A stretch of 61,844 nucleotides of DNA, the filler included, from Nemertoderma westbladi (taxonomy: Eukaryota; Animalia; Xenacoelomorpha): assembly GCA_032718475.1 (NCBI GenBank). It is 4 parts of 4 records of this genome, joined end to end, with 100 filler letters (N's around TTAATTAATTAA, not from the genome) between each part and the next. Parts side by side here need not be neighbours in the genome. Positions count along the whole stretch, not along the records: positions 1 to 22,391 come from JAUCBJ010003859.1; positions 22,492 to 46,063 come from JAUCBJ010008296.1; 2 more parts are not named here. One strand, 5' to 3'. The notes beneath the pieces are model-generated. The model was given only the letters and a program-made list of their open reading frames with translations. It was not told where the DNA came from and ran no database searches. The translations under genes were made by a program, and so were the position numbers. Of the stretch, positions 12,387-25,400 are shown one piece after another. Position 1 is the first letter of the stretch, and every line of letters starts with the position of its first letter.

Positions 12387-12653
12387 TAATAATAATAATA
12401 ATAATAATAATATTGGTTATTTTTATAGCGCTTTTCTACGCTCAGGATACTCAAAGCGCTTTTATTATCATTACCCCAGCGGAGCCAGGTTCCCATTATA
12501 CCGCTGGGTTGGCGTAGGCACTGATGTCTAAAGTGTCTTGCCTAGGGACACAACAGTGCGAAATTTATACAGCCTTTAGTCGGATTCGAACCTGCACCAC
12601 CAAACACTATTGTGTAAGCAGTTCAGGCGCCGTATCCACTCGGACACTGCGAC
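12387..12653 (-). mobile_element. tRNA-derived SINE with CORE/V-like body and L2-type tail
   Basis: A box TGTCCGAGTGG, B box GGTTCGAATCC, TGTGTCCCTAGGCAAGACACTT, tail AAAGCGCTTTGAG...AAAAGCGCTATAAA, then (TAT)n. Confidence 0.85.
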
Positions 12654-13711
12654 AATAAAGCGTAAATCTGATATGACAGTATCAGAATAATGAAATCCGT
12701 TCGAAACATATATAAAATTAATAAAGAAATTTTAATATAAAATTAATAAAACAGTTGGTTGTTATGTTGTAGATAATATTATGGACAATATGAATAATAA
12801 TAATATATTATGAATAATATAATGGATAATATTAAGAGTGGTAGATATATAGCCTACTGTATAGAAATATAGTATTATAGTACAGTATAGTGCACTGATA
12901 TTTGTTACAACAACTTACGTTTATATGTCGATTCATGAATAGCTTCTAATTGTTTCGTATCGTGGAAGCTCCCCACTTTAATGTTTTCAAACACTACAGA
13001 ATCCCCTTCTCCGAAGATAAATTTATATATTCTTAGGTTGAAGATCGACAGGGTCAGAAACTCTGTCGAGTCAGAAACCTTAATTTTTCGCAACTTTTAC
13101 GCTTTTTTCAGCTTGTCCCCCCACCACCTTCCATGTCAGTAATCGAAATTACTTTTACTTTACACTCTGCACTGCAACAAAATAAACTATATTATTTAGG
13201 CCTACATATAAAATATAAAAAAATTGATGGAATAATGAAAACAATTAATCCATGTTGAATAATAGGCCTAAGTAATAACTATTTATTTCTAGACTTATGA
13301 TCTAGCACTTAATACGATTACTGCGTGACAGCGCGAGGATTTTAATAGTTAGGCTAGTGTACTTGTACTTTATAGGCCAACAATAATTTGTAAAAATGCC
13401 ACTATATTAGTACATGGACAAATGGAACATGAATGAAAAGTGTACAAATAACAAAGGATAGTTTTAGGGGGGGGGGGGGGGGGGGTGGGGGGGTCGTATT
13501 TATGACCGGTACAGTTCATCCTCAGTATAGTCATTTAATATTCAGCATTTATTAGGCATAGTTATTGACAACCAATTTATTTAAAATTCAACAAGTACCT
13601 ACTGAACTGACCTATAATACTTGAGCCATCTGGCAATGCTTTCTGGGTGCAAGAATGGAGTGTTCTGTAATCCAAGGAATCCACTCAGAAGGAGCCAGTG
13701 CCATTTTTCTA

Positions 13712-14300
13712 CTAAGTTCGGAAAATGTATGCTAGAAATGGAAAATTAAAGAGTAATAATGTCAGTATTTTAAGTAATAAAAAAAGTAGTGGACAAATTA
13801 ACGGTAGAACCAGGATTCGAACATGGTACCTCTCACTAACCTTTATAAGTTTTGACACCAGCGAATTACACTCCTCGTTCCTCATTTCAAAAGCGCGGCG
13901 CCTTTCAGACTGGGTAGGAGTGGGGAGACCAAAATCAGGTAAGTCCTTATGAACTCCCATCTGGAGCTTAGACTCAAGGTGAAGTAGGAGAAAGATACGG
14001 AGTTCGTTGTCGGTGGAAGAGGGGAAACATTGGCAAAAATCGTGAGTCCATTCATGATGATGTACCTTAAATAAAGCAAGGGGATTTGTTAGATTTACAT
14101 TCATTAGCAGAATGGCAAATGTTGTTCGTATAGAACAGCATCCTGTAATAGTCCCAGTTTACAGCAAACTGCAAATAAAGGTTGATTGAACCTCACCTTG
14201 AACTGTGAGCATTTCCTAAAATGTAATACTTAATTTTATTTAAAGCCCTTGAAAATTACTTCTTCTGATGTATAATATTCATACGCTGCCCTTACAATGT
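13712..14300 (-). pseudogene. Helitron RepHel remnant (region downstream of Rep)
   Basis: NPLALFKVHHHEWTHDF...LPDFGLPTP; collinear with the Rep fragments at 16440-17680. Confidence 0.5.
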
Positions 14301-14461
14301 GTGTTTGGACTCTCATTACAATTACAAGAAGGATTACAGGCAAAGAAATCTCCCACACCTGTAACCAATTCAAGCTGAAAATGTGTTAAAAATAATTGTT
14401 ACAGACATTATTACGACTTAATTACAAACAGACAATTATGTCTGTAACATATGTATATAAT

Positions 14462-15600
14462 GTGGGGCGAGCCACGAAGTTGGCGGAGCCTTAGCGAATT
14501 GACACTGTTAGGGGGTGGGTCAATTTATGCAAATAGTTGTCGTCGTCGTCGTCGTTGTCGTTGGGGCGAGCCACGAAGTTGGCGGAGCCTTAGCGAATTG
14601 ACACTGTTAGGGGGTGGGTCAATTTATGCAAATAGTTGTCGTCGTCGTCGTCGTTGTCGTCGTCGTCGTTGTCGTCGTCGTCGTCGTCGTCGTTACGATT
14701 TTGACATGCTAATAACTTTGTCGGATTTAAAGCTGCCAAGTTGAAAATTTGTAGGTATCAATATGAGCAAAAGTTGAGATTTTTGAGAGACTTTCAGACA
14801 CCATCAGTGCAATGGTCTCCCGCTAGAGGGCCACATGTCTAAACATTAAATGCCCTCCCATTTCTTTGCTTTTAATCCGTTTAAGCTGAAACTTGGCAGA
14901 TATGTATTAGACCATTAGCTGTGACTTTCAAAGGAGGCGAATCCATCTGCAGTTCTCCAGTCTGCCGCTAGAGGGCCAAAGGTCTGAAAGTGAAATCGTT
15001 GTCGTCGTTACGATTTTGACATGCTAATAACTTTGTCGGATTTAAAGCTGCCAAGTTGAAAATTTGTAGGTATCAATATGAGCTAAAGTTGAGACGTTTG
15101 AGAGACTTTCAGACACCATCAGAGCAATAGTCTCCTGCTAGAGGGCCACATGTCTAAACGTTAAATGTCCTCCCATTTCTTTGCTTTTAATCCATTTATG
15201 CTGAAATTTGGCAGATATGTACTAGACCATTAGCTGTGACTTTGAAAGAAGGAATTGAATTGAATTGAAGGCTAATCCGTGTGCAGTTCTTCAGTCTGCC
15301 GCTAGAGGGCGAAATGTTTGAAAGTGAAATCTTTCTCCCATCTCGTTATTTATGATCCGTTCAAGCAGATATGTACATTGTTGTAGCAGATATGTAGTAG
15401 AAGTCGGCCTGAGTCTTTGGTGGGCAGTAAACGGTCTGGAGTCCTCCAGTCTGCCGCTAGAGGGCAAAATGTATAACTGTCCCCAATTCCTTGATATTAA
15501 TTTATTTAAAGTGAATATTGGCATATGTACTAGAGCACATGCTGCGTCTTTCTGAGGAAGGTGGTCGATCTGCATTTCTCCAGTCTGCCGCTAGAGGTAA
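14462..15600 (+). mobile_element. Non-autonomous repeat (Helentron/HINE-like) with (CGT)n microsatellite and about 150-bp subrepeats
   Basis: Duplicated 97-bp head, (CGT)n runs, six CYGCTAGAGG(GC) subrepeats; homologous copy at 50030-50164 plus 51115-51400 and a fragment at about 58140-58270. Confidence 0.6.
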
Positions 15601-15721
15601 GCGGAAGTTCAAGACGCTGGTCACACTACTAAACGCATTATTTCAACATTCTCAAATATACGCTCCATAAATATTTCACGTTACTATTTTATTGATAATC
15701 AAGATATAAACCAAGCGGAAT

Positions 15722-15960
15722 TGGGATGTAAACGTTAAGCAGACAACTGGTGCAGACAACTGGTGCAGACACCTGGTGCAGACACCTGGTGCAGACACCT
15801 GGTGCAGACACCTGCTGGGTGCAGACACCTGGTGCAGACACCTGGTGCAGACACCTGGTGAAGACACCTGGTGCAGACACCTGGTGCAGACACCTGGTGC
15901 AGACACCTAGTGCAGACACCTGGTGCAGACACCTGGTGCAGACACCTGGTGCAGACAGTT
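15722..15960 (+). repeat. Single foldback arm: 13-bp tandem GGTGCAGACACCT
   Basis: Begins GGGATGTAAACGTTAAGCAGACA, the same terminus as the element at 30801-31912. Confidence 0.85.
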
Positions 15961-16439
15961 AGGCAGACCGGTACTGAAATGAATTACACAATAGCCTACA
16001 TTCGCAGAAAAGCCTTTCTAGAATTATCACTTATGACTACTTATTTGCGTGCATTTTTCACTGGGATTGGCTGCGTGCGTGTCTAGCGTCGTCTCTTTGA
16101 TTACGTTGAACCATTGGCAATATACAGAATGTTTTGATTGGACCTGTAGGACTAGGAACTTTGCGTGGAAGAATATAATGGTAGAAATCATAACAAATAA
16201 TACTCATATAACTTATATTTCGGCAGTTCTTTTAAATATGTAAACCTCTACCGGACTGCTGATTCATATACATTCCTAACATTCCACACCACATTCCAAT
16301 AATATCCTAATACAGTAATACTTTCGAATTAGTACTTAAATTAAATTTAAGTCACGTGCTGTGCGAAGGCCCCACTTCATGTAATTTGTATATGTATGTA
16401 ATTAATATGGTAATATAATATGGTATGTAATTTTGTAAA

Positions 16440-17680
16440 CTTAGACATACCTGGAAACTGGTATGTCCTTTTCAGTGGTCATTGTGGAGCAGAATTCTAA
16501 GGTAGAACTCGTCTCCAGCCAAAGAATGCACAGTATGAATCCTCCCACAGTTCTTCCATGTTGACATGGGTGCCACACTTTTGTTCTTCTATTAAATTGA
16601 AATGTTTTTGGGAAGTCGATGTAGTGTCTATGTAGTATCTGGCTGGATTTTTCGCATTGTATTTGAAGAATGGCGTCAGTTCCGTATATTTTGAACCACT
16701 ATGGATCACTTGTTCAGTGTTTTCTTCTTCAAATACAATAACTTGTTCGTTCTCCAAGTGCACAAGCAATGCCTACACTGGAGGCAGCTGTTTCTTTATT
16801 TCAAAGCCCAGAGTTCACCAAACCACCTCAGGTGAGCCGAATGTAACTCATCCACATCTTCAGCAGCTACCATAAGTTGGTCACCGCCTTTAAGAATGTA
16901 TTTAAATGAATATTTCACTGTATGAGGCAACACACAGATCTCGACGTTTATATCACACTCAAATTTTAGCAGTAAATATGGGAAACATGGCATTATCCAT
17001 CTGTTGTCGATAGTTCTTACATTATGCTCCACACAACGACACAGGTGGCAATACGATACTCTGGATAATACACCATTTCCATCAAGTTGGTGTAGGCACA
17101 ATAAGGAAAACATTTCTTGTACATGGCTGAAGAACGGTCTTGGCGACAAATGGGACTGCGGGAATGGGTCATGCAGTTTAAAACCAGATGACGGAGACGC
17201 TCAGCCTGGTCTCATTGAAGCCCTTCTGGGAAGTCGTTTGGATCAGGAGGAAGTTCCGCACAGAAAAATCCATCTACATTGTTGGCAGTATTGAAACGAT
17301 CAGATGCGGCTAAAATTGCCAAAATATGACCCTGAGGGAGACCCCATTTCTGAAACTCCATACAGTGAGTTGTTTTACCCACCATTTCACCACAGAACAT
17401 GGATACCCAAATTTCGTGCAGAACACCATTTAGATTCATCTGAAAAACATGAGAAACTATATCTGGGCGATCGGCTGCCACTTGATATGGTAGAAGTGAC
17501 TCCTGGATCTCAGGCCAATTAGTATTGCATGTCATTGTTATGAACAAATCAGGCTTATTGAACTCTCCACATATCACCATGGCATCTTGAAATAACAACA
17601 CTTCTGTGGTAGATACACTGTGGCAGAGCCATAACACAAAGACAGATATGATAACACTTGCATTTACTAACAATTGCATT
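16440..17680 (-). pseudogene. Helitron Rep (HUH) domain, frameshifted
   Basis: KPDLFITMTCNTNWPEI, DRPDIVSHVF, EFQKWGLPQGHIL, DNRWIMP...INVEIC...VKYSFKYILKGGD, VHLENEQVIVF. Confidence 0.9.
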
Positions 17681-18380
17681 TTTCGCCAGGATCCCGATTT
17701 TTCAGGTTTGGGTTCGGGATCCCGTTTAAACTGCGCAGTGCACTATAAAGTGCTACTTTACGATTCACACAAATCTAAAGTTATTATTTTCATTAATGAA
17801 AATAATAATATTATAATAATATGAAAACAATAAAATAGGACATGGGGTCTTATTCCCTCAGATACTACCTAGCATTTAGGGCCACTTGGGCCACTGTTAG
17901 TACTCAGGCACTAAGGCCCATCAAAAAACAAAATACCAAATCGATTTTAGTGCTACATAATCCAACCCAACTACCACATCTCATAAATTACGAAAAATAT
18001 AGGACATTTTGTCCACCGAAAAGGTAAGTCTAACGAATAAATTTTATAAAAATAAAACGGTTTCGGAGATTTAAACAATGAGGTTAAACACTGGGATCCG
18101 TGGTTTTCCTCATCAGTATGCCACGAACCCCACCCCTACCCTAACATAACTGCACCACTAAATTAAGACAATGACCAATAAATTATAAATCCTACCGTAC
18201 CACCAAACAGAGTTGAAACCACCCACCCCCAAAGTATGTTACCATCAGCCCCAAATGCATAAACATGATTCCCCACTGAATGCAACCAACCCCAATTAGC
18301 ACCTACTGGTATGTACAGATAAATGATCAAATTTTTAATCAAAATTGTGCAGATGTCAGAAAATGCCCCTGTAAATATAT

Positions 18381-18582
18381 AACTATATGGTGTTAGACAA
18401 CCACGACTTTATAGAGGGAGGGATTGTGATATTAATATGAAAACAATAAAATAGGACATGGGTCTTATTTTAGATCTTATCATCATCATCATTATCATAT
18501 TACATTAGGTCTTATTATTTTATTGTTTTCATATTAATATCACAATCCCTCTAAAGTCGTGGTTGTCTAACATCATATAGTT
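18381..18582. repeat. Inverted repeat with arms of about 70 bp and an (ATC)n spacer
   Basis: AACTATATGGTGTTAGACAACCACGACTTTA... versus ...TAAAGTCGTGGTTGTCTAACATCATATAGTT. Confidence 0.8.
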
Positions 18583-18594
18583 AATAATATAATA

Positions 18595-18822
18595 ATACAG
18601 TTATTTATAAAACGCCCTTTTCTGCTAAGGTTCAAAGGCCCAACAAAGGGTAAATACAAAAAAAGTGAAATATACAGAAAATATCAGAAAATATAATTTT
18701 TTATAGAATAAATTATTTGAGTTATTTGAAGGCGATTATTATCGAATAAACATGTTTTCAATTGTCGTTTGAATGAGTCCAAATTTGAGGAAGTCCTTAA
18801 CCTGAGTGGAAGATTGTTAAAT
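18595..18822 (-). mobile_element. L2/CR1-group LINE 3' remnant
   Basis: Manual translation FNNLPLRLRTSSNLDSFKRQLKTCLF; L2-like tail AAAAGGGCGTTTTATAAAT. Confidence 0.6.
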
Positions 18823-19697
18823 ACAACAAAGAAACAATTTTATTATTCATTTTCGAATCGATGTAGAATGAAGTAAAAATATAATATTGGCAATGAGGTA
18901 CTACATACAACTTTCGAAAATAATTACTTGCCTTTTTACTCTTAATAATTTCAAATAATTCTGTAACAAATTTTAGAAACTTTTGTTGAGATTTTTATTT
19001 TCTACATTTATGTAAATTTATTGTTGAATATTATATTGTTAAATGATCTTCGCTGTGAAAAATTATTCGTATTTACATGTATTTTAATTCGGTTGCTTAA
19101 GTCAAAAAGTAAAAAGTATATATTATAAAAAACAGCGTGAAATAAAGTAGCAGTATTCTTACATATAATTTATACGCTCACTTTGAGGTAGGCCTAAGCA
19201 GAAAGTCAACAATTCTGTTCTTTACACATATGGTGTACATAAGCCATAAGAAGACAATACAGAATGCGATAATTGTTCCAGCATGATACCAGTGTGATTG
19301 TTTCAGTATTCCTACAATTTCTGTATTCTGCTGGGCTGTAGGCAGTTACTGGCATGGTAGTATGGACATACCTGTATCTAGGTGCTACTTTATTTAATTA
19401 AATCAATTTATGATGCTTACATTATTACATATTACACGTTCATGGGGTCTTCGCGCAGCACGAGATACAGCTCAGTTAGCCGACTCTAAATTTCGATAAA
19501 TTTGTAGAATTGCTAAACACTTGACAGACTACAAGTGTTAAAAACTGGCCGACATACAGGTTATAATAGTGGTCATTAAAATTTATGAAGCACCGGTAGT
19601 TCCATAGTTATTAAGCCTAGACAAAGCTATATTTAGCGCCTCCTAGTGAAATTGAGTTCGAGTTAAATTGGGCTATACCATAAAATATCTCATTTAA

Positions 19698-21265
19698 CCC
19701 TATTAATACCGGGCTATAAAATGTTGTACAAATACCGGGGAGGGGTCATATTGACCCCCCCCCCCCCCCCTCTAAAATCTACAAATATTAACGAAAACGT
19801 CTGATTTTTTGTTTGTACGTAGGTATGACTTGTCTGGATCCGACAGAAAAAAAAAATTTTCTAAAAAATGTACTGGGGTGGTTATATTGCAGCACCAAAA
19901 TTACAAGTAGTGCACAATTTTCACCTAATTTGAAAGTTACATTTTCGGCTAATTATTTTTCAATACAGGTTTTCTGGAGTGCAAAATACATTGGAAAATA
20001 TTAAAAAATGATATGATTACTATAAATGGCTGTTTAGTCCTCTCTGCCTAGGAAAAAAATGAAAAAAAACAAGTAACCAGCACTTTTCAGTTAGAACACA
20101 AAATTTTTAATTCACTAATACGATGCTATAAATTCACATTTTCAGGTTTTCGAGGGCGCTGATTCTAATGGAATACATTTCTAATATGCCAGATCATTGC
20201 TACTTGTATTTTTCCGCGTAATTTGGCAAATTTTGGTGCAAGCACCAAATTTCGTACCCATCACCAAAAAGTACAAGTTATCGACGTCCAGTGCTGTTTT
20301 TATTGATTCCATCGGATTCAGGACCCTCATAAACCCGTATAACGCAAGAAACAAGGTGATACTATCTACTTATCAATTTGCATATTTTCCAAAATTTGGT
20401 GCTGGCACAACAATTTTCACCCACCGGCGAAAAATATAAGTTTAAGAACTCTTCTGAAATTTTTACTGATTCCATTGAATTCAGAACCATCACAAACCCG
20501 TATAACGTAAGAAACAAGGTGAAACAATCAATTGATATATTTGATGGTTTTCAAAATTTGGTGCTAGCACCACATTTTGCACCCACATCCGAAAAATACA
20601 ATTTTGAGATGTCTAGTTCGATAATTATATTTTCCATTGAATTCAGAACAGCCATAAACCTCCAAAACGCAAGAAATAAATTGTCACAAGCAATTTTATC
20701 TATTGAATGGATTTTCAAAATTTCGGGCTAGCACCAAAATTTGCACACAGCACCGAAAAATACAAGTTTGATACGCTTGGTGCAACTCGTATATATTTCA
20801 TCGAATCCAGAAACCCAAAAAACCCCAATTGCGTAAAAAACAAGTTTCAAACGATCAATTTACAAAATTGACTTATTTAAAAATTTGGTGCTGGCACCAA
20901 AATTTGGCACCCACCGAAAAAAACAAGTTTGAAATTTCTAAATCAACTTATATGATTTCTATCAAATTTCTAACACCAAAAAACCGGTGTAAATCAAAAA
21001 TAGAGATGTTACAATTCATATTTAATGAAATGTAATTTTCAAAAAACGTCTCAAAAAAAGTGCCAAAAGTAGGGTTAAAAAATGGTGCTATAACTCGAAA
21101 AGTACCCAATATTTTTGAAAACGGTTTTCACTACAAGGAAGACAATAGATTTTTAGGAAAAGTCATAAAATGTCAGATTCCCAACTGCGTTTGTTTCAGA
21201 ATTATAATAAAAAAACCACGGGAGGGGTCATATTGACCCCCCCCCCCCCCCCGGGTTTAATAGGG
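19698..21265. mobile_element. piggyBac-type non-autonomous element
   Basis: TTAA at 19694-19697 and 21266-21269; TIRs CCCTATTAATACCGGG / CCGGGTTTAATAGGG; subterminal palindrome GGGGTCATATTGACCCC at both ends. Confidence 0.9.
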
Positions 21266-21599
21266 TTAATTGAGAACCATTCATTTGTCATTGTATGACA
21301 GTTTCATGAACATCCCTCAAATGGTTCAAAATTTATTAAATGTAGACAAAGTGATATTTAGCGCCTCCTAGTGTTGGACCACATAATTGCGCAACGCCAA
21401 AATTCCGAAAATGAAGATGAAGGGGATTGAGATGTAGGATTTACAGTAGAGAGATGGTTCTGGTGCTGAATTTCAATATCCCATTTTTAATCATCCCAAT
21501 TGGAGACTAACCAATATGGGACATGGTCATCTGTTTTCCCTGGGTATGGGACCTTCAGCCCTGGGCAAGGATCAGCCACCACCTCACCATTAAGGGTAA

Positions 21600-21742
21600 C
21601 GACAGCGCTTTCACTGGAATTAGCGCCTCGTTGGGTGATGTCGGTGCTTTCACTGGAATTAGCGCCTCATTGGGTGATGTCAGCGCTTTCATTGGAATTA
21701 GCACCTCGTTGGGTGATTTCAGCACTTTCACCGGAATTAGCG
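21600..21742 (+). repeat. 39-bp tandem repeat, about 3.6 copies
   Basis: CAGCGCTTTCACTGGAATTAGCGCCTCGTTGGGTGATGT. Confidence 0.85.
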
Positions 21743-21860
21743 AGAAAGCGAATTGCTTTGAGTAGGGGACCTTTTAAGTCATAATAGGACTAGGCCTAAG
21801 CAAAATAATTTTATTTTATTTCAGGTAGCAGGAGTATAATGGCACAGTCGCAGGGAGATC

Positions 21861-22391
21861 ATGGATACAAATGGAGAAGTCATCATGAAGACAAATGATC
21901 TTCATTGTAGCAACATTGCACATGCTAGGGAAGATATTGTACAATGTCATGACAATCATGAGCATATGATAAGTATTACTGGTGATTCACATATTAAACA
22001 TTTATTACATTACATACCCAAATTAGATAGCACTCATGTTGAGCCAGGCATCTATCCAGACTATTTGGTTCTCAAAACAAGGTTGAATATTTCTTACCTG
22101 AAATAAGAAATACGTGCCAACTCTTAAAGAGTTTCCTTGCATATTGAAGAACTACAAAACAATGTTTTATAAAACATGTGCAATATTTTTGTCACTAGGA
22201 GGGAATGATCTAGCTGCTGGTGCCACTGTCTCAGAGACAGAGATCAGTTTGAGACAATGATTGCCCAACCTGCATGAAGCCACTGGGGCTAAAGTCATTT
22301 GGGAAGAGCTATTTCCACGTGGGAATAAATGCACTGATTCATTCAGTGCAGACTGTAAGACTCTAAACAGTAGGATGAGGTCATGGTTAGA
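21861..22391 (+). pseudogene. SGNH/GDSL hydrolase-like ORF, frameshifted (copy 2)
   Basis: Highly similar to 1215-1678; 10-bp deletion at about 22080 and a stop at 22258-22260; runs into the gap. Confidence 0.6.
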
Positions 22392-22491
22392 NNNNNNNNN
22401 NNNNNNNNNNNNNNNNNNNNNNNNNNNNNNNNNNNTTAATTAATTAANNNNNNNNNNNNNNNNNNNNNNNNNNNNNNNNNNNNNNNNNNNN
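22392..22491. other. Assembly gap with artificial linker
   Basis: N44-TTAATTAATTAA-N44. Confidence 0.97.
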
Positions 22492-25400
22492 GTAGGGGCT
22501 GCGGTTGAGCAGGCCGTTTCTCTAATGTCTCCAGCGCCTCATGCGCGTTTTGGCCGATGAGTATTTGCACTCCAGGATAATCAGTCTGGAATCGAGGTAT
22601 GTTAAGATGTTGGATGCTCTCATCCTCGTCCCAATTATAAAGGTCTGCTTGAGTAGTAGCGAAGTTCTTTATAGCCACCATTTTCACTGACCTTATGCTA
22701 TGTTCTCCTAGTTCGTCCTGGGGGGTGGACAACGCGCCTACATAATAATCAGCTGTTACTGTAGATTTCCAAACTTGCATGATTCCTGACATGTTTAGCT
22801 TGGTTAGGAACTTGGGTTGTCCAGCAAAGATGACTTCGGCTAGTTCTTTATCGATGAATGTTCCTGTGCTACCGGAGTCCAGGAGGGCGTTCACTATATA
22901 GCTCTTCTGAGGTCCGTGGACCCGTAACTGGACTACAGGAAATTCTCGGATTCCTATATTGGAAGTTGGCGCTTTCCAAGATGGTTGTTGATCGGAAGTA
23001 GTTAAGGTAAGGTCGCTGTCTGTGTCTTTCTCATACACAAGTGCTCGATACACTGCGGTGGTGTTTATTAGGTAACAGGATTCGTTTTGGTCGGAGAACT
23101 CGTCCGTATAGAATCCTTCCATCTCAGATTGATCAGTGTCGTTCACATCACTGAATTGGACATGTAGTTCGGACTCACTTACCTGACTCGGGCTGTTTCG
23201 TTCGAATTCCGTGTGCAACAAGATATGATGTTTTGCGCCGCACTGTGCACACCTTGCGTCGGAGTTACAGGTTCGCCGTTGGTGTCCTCGTCTGAGGCAA
23301 TTATAACACAACCGCTTATCCCACATGACTTCACGTCTATCTTTTAGTGATTTCCTCAGGAATTTATCACACGCATTTAAACGGTGGGGCCCGTCGCACA
23401 GCACACATTTGGGCTTGATGTTACTTACTTTAACATGTGCTGTGTGGTGCACACTTGTTCTTTCCTCGGGCTTTCTCACCTGAATTCTTTTAGGAGACGT
23501 AGGAGGGGTTTTTTGTACCGGTTCCCTTCTGTCATTGGGTCGAGACTTGGATTTACTTACCTGATCTTTAGGCATTTTATTGACATAAGATCTGTCAGTG
23601 TCTTTCCCGCTGTCCTCTCCTTGAGAAGTTTGGCTTTCACCGTCGTCGGTATAACATACTGGTATTACCCTTCTCCTAGAAACGGGTTTCTCACTTACCT
23701 TGTTTTCCAATGTCTTCTCTCTGGACTGCCTTAGGAGCTGTAATTTCACTTCTCCATCTAAGAATGACATGAGATCAGCCATGGTAGGGTCTCGTCGTTG
23801 TTGTTCCATCATATATAACACTTTCTTATCCCAGCGTGTACCTACTCCACCCTTCGGTAAAGTAGAAGCCACTGCTCTAATAACCATAGCACTCTGATAC
23901 TCATGAGACTTACCTAGCCAATCTAATTGTCTGCAGATCTCCTGAATTTCATCGGAAAACTCTATAATCCCGCTGCTAATAAACTTTCGGGGCGCTACCA
24001 ACTTTGCATACAAATACCCAGCTATGTTATTCCTATTACCATACCTGATGTTTAGTGTATCCCAAACTTGTCTTAATCCGTCTGGATGTCCAATAAACCT
24101 TAACGCCATTAACTTGGGAGATCCTTCCAAGCACTCGATGAGGTATCTAAGTTTTTCTCCATTAGATAGTACAGAGTTCTGTATGTTATCTTTGTAATAT
24201 TCATTAAAAGGTAACCATTTCATCTCATCTCCATTGAACTTGACGATCTCTCCAACCTTTACCGCTTGCCGGGCTTCGGTTCTAGCCATTTGACGCGTAA
24301 AACTTTCTTGGGCCATTGTGCTATTTAATATCGAGTTATCGGTATATAAATTCCTCGGATTATGATCAGTTCCATAGGGAATATCATTACAAACAGGTCT
24401 ATAATTACCCTTAATAGGGTTCACTATAGGAGTTTCTACTTCGCTAGCAGTATAAATGCGTGTAGGCTCCACACCTTGCGCATGAGATACTTCAGACCTA
24501 ACGGGTTGACACATTGTTACAGAGGGTGGTGGTATACCCTTTTGGGTGTTTACTAATTTATCGCGTTCAAGCGCGATACTTTGCTGCACTTCTTGCAACT
24601 CTAGCCTACTTTCCCTCACTGTTCCCTTTAAATGTTGGACAGTCCCTTCCAACTCTCGGACCTGTTGGGAGGAGCGTATCCGATTCTCCTTCATCTCTCC
24701 AAGGAGAATATCCATCCCCCGCCGTCTCTCGTCTACCCAATCAACCGCCGAAACGGGATCCGCCAACGTCGTAGCGGGCAGACAAGGGACAACGGGCGAC
24801 AAATTCGGAATATTTCGCTCGGGGTCCAGGACCTGAACTGTCTCTCGGGCAGTTCTACGGGGCACAGGTAGCTTAGTGCTATGTAGAGGGAATTTATAGG
24901 TAGTCTCAGGGAGCACAGGTATGTCTATCACCGAAGGGGTGATTTCAAGAACAGGCCTACTTATTTCAGGCTCATCTACTATAGTAGGGAGTCTTTCTAT
25001 TTTAATTATTTGGTCTGTGGGCTCTGTACTACCTAAGTTGGTGTTATTTAGTTGCCTTCTAACAGCTGGAGGCAAATCAGGCAATTTCTGACGGTGGAAT
25101 GTTCTTTTACGTCTGCTTAGACGAGATCTATTTCCTTTGCCTTCAGTATCGGTGGTATCGCCTTCCTCCGATGATGTATATCCCTGTCTTTTGGGAGTAG
25201 ATCGACTCATCATCTGCATATTACTAGCTGTTAACTGTTTATTGAAGTTGTCTTGCCTCTCTTGAAGATTTTCCAACTCTAGTTGGGTTGCCTCTTCAGA
25301 TGCTCTCCGTTCTGCTTCCGCCACCGCTGCCGCTTTTACCTCTGCCGCTGCCGCTTTCGCCTCTGCCTTTGCTTCTGCTGCTGCCGCTGTTGCCTTTGCC

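Noticed and set aside
12575-12653. Genuine tRNA gene
   Set aside because: Acceptor stem incomplete and contiguous with a SINE body and tail
18095-18130. Minus-strand CTGATGA...GAAAAC hammerhead-like core
   Set aside because: No stem II and no properly placed cleavage triplet
22436-22447. TTAATTAATTAA motif repeated three times in the window
   Set aside because: Six-frame stop linker inside N gaps; an assembly artefact
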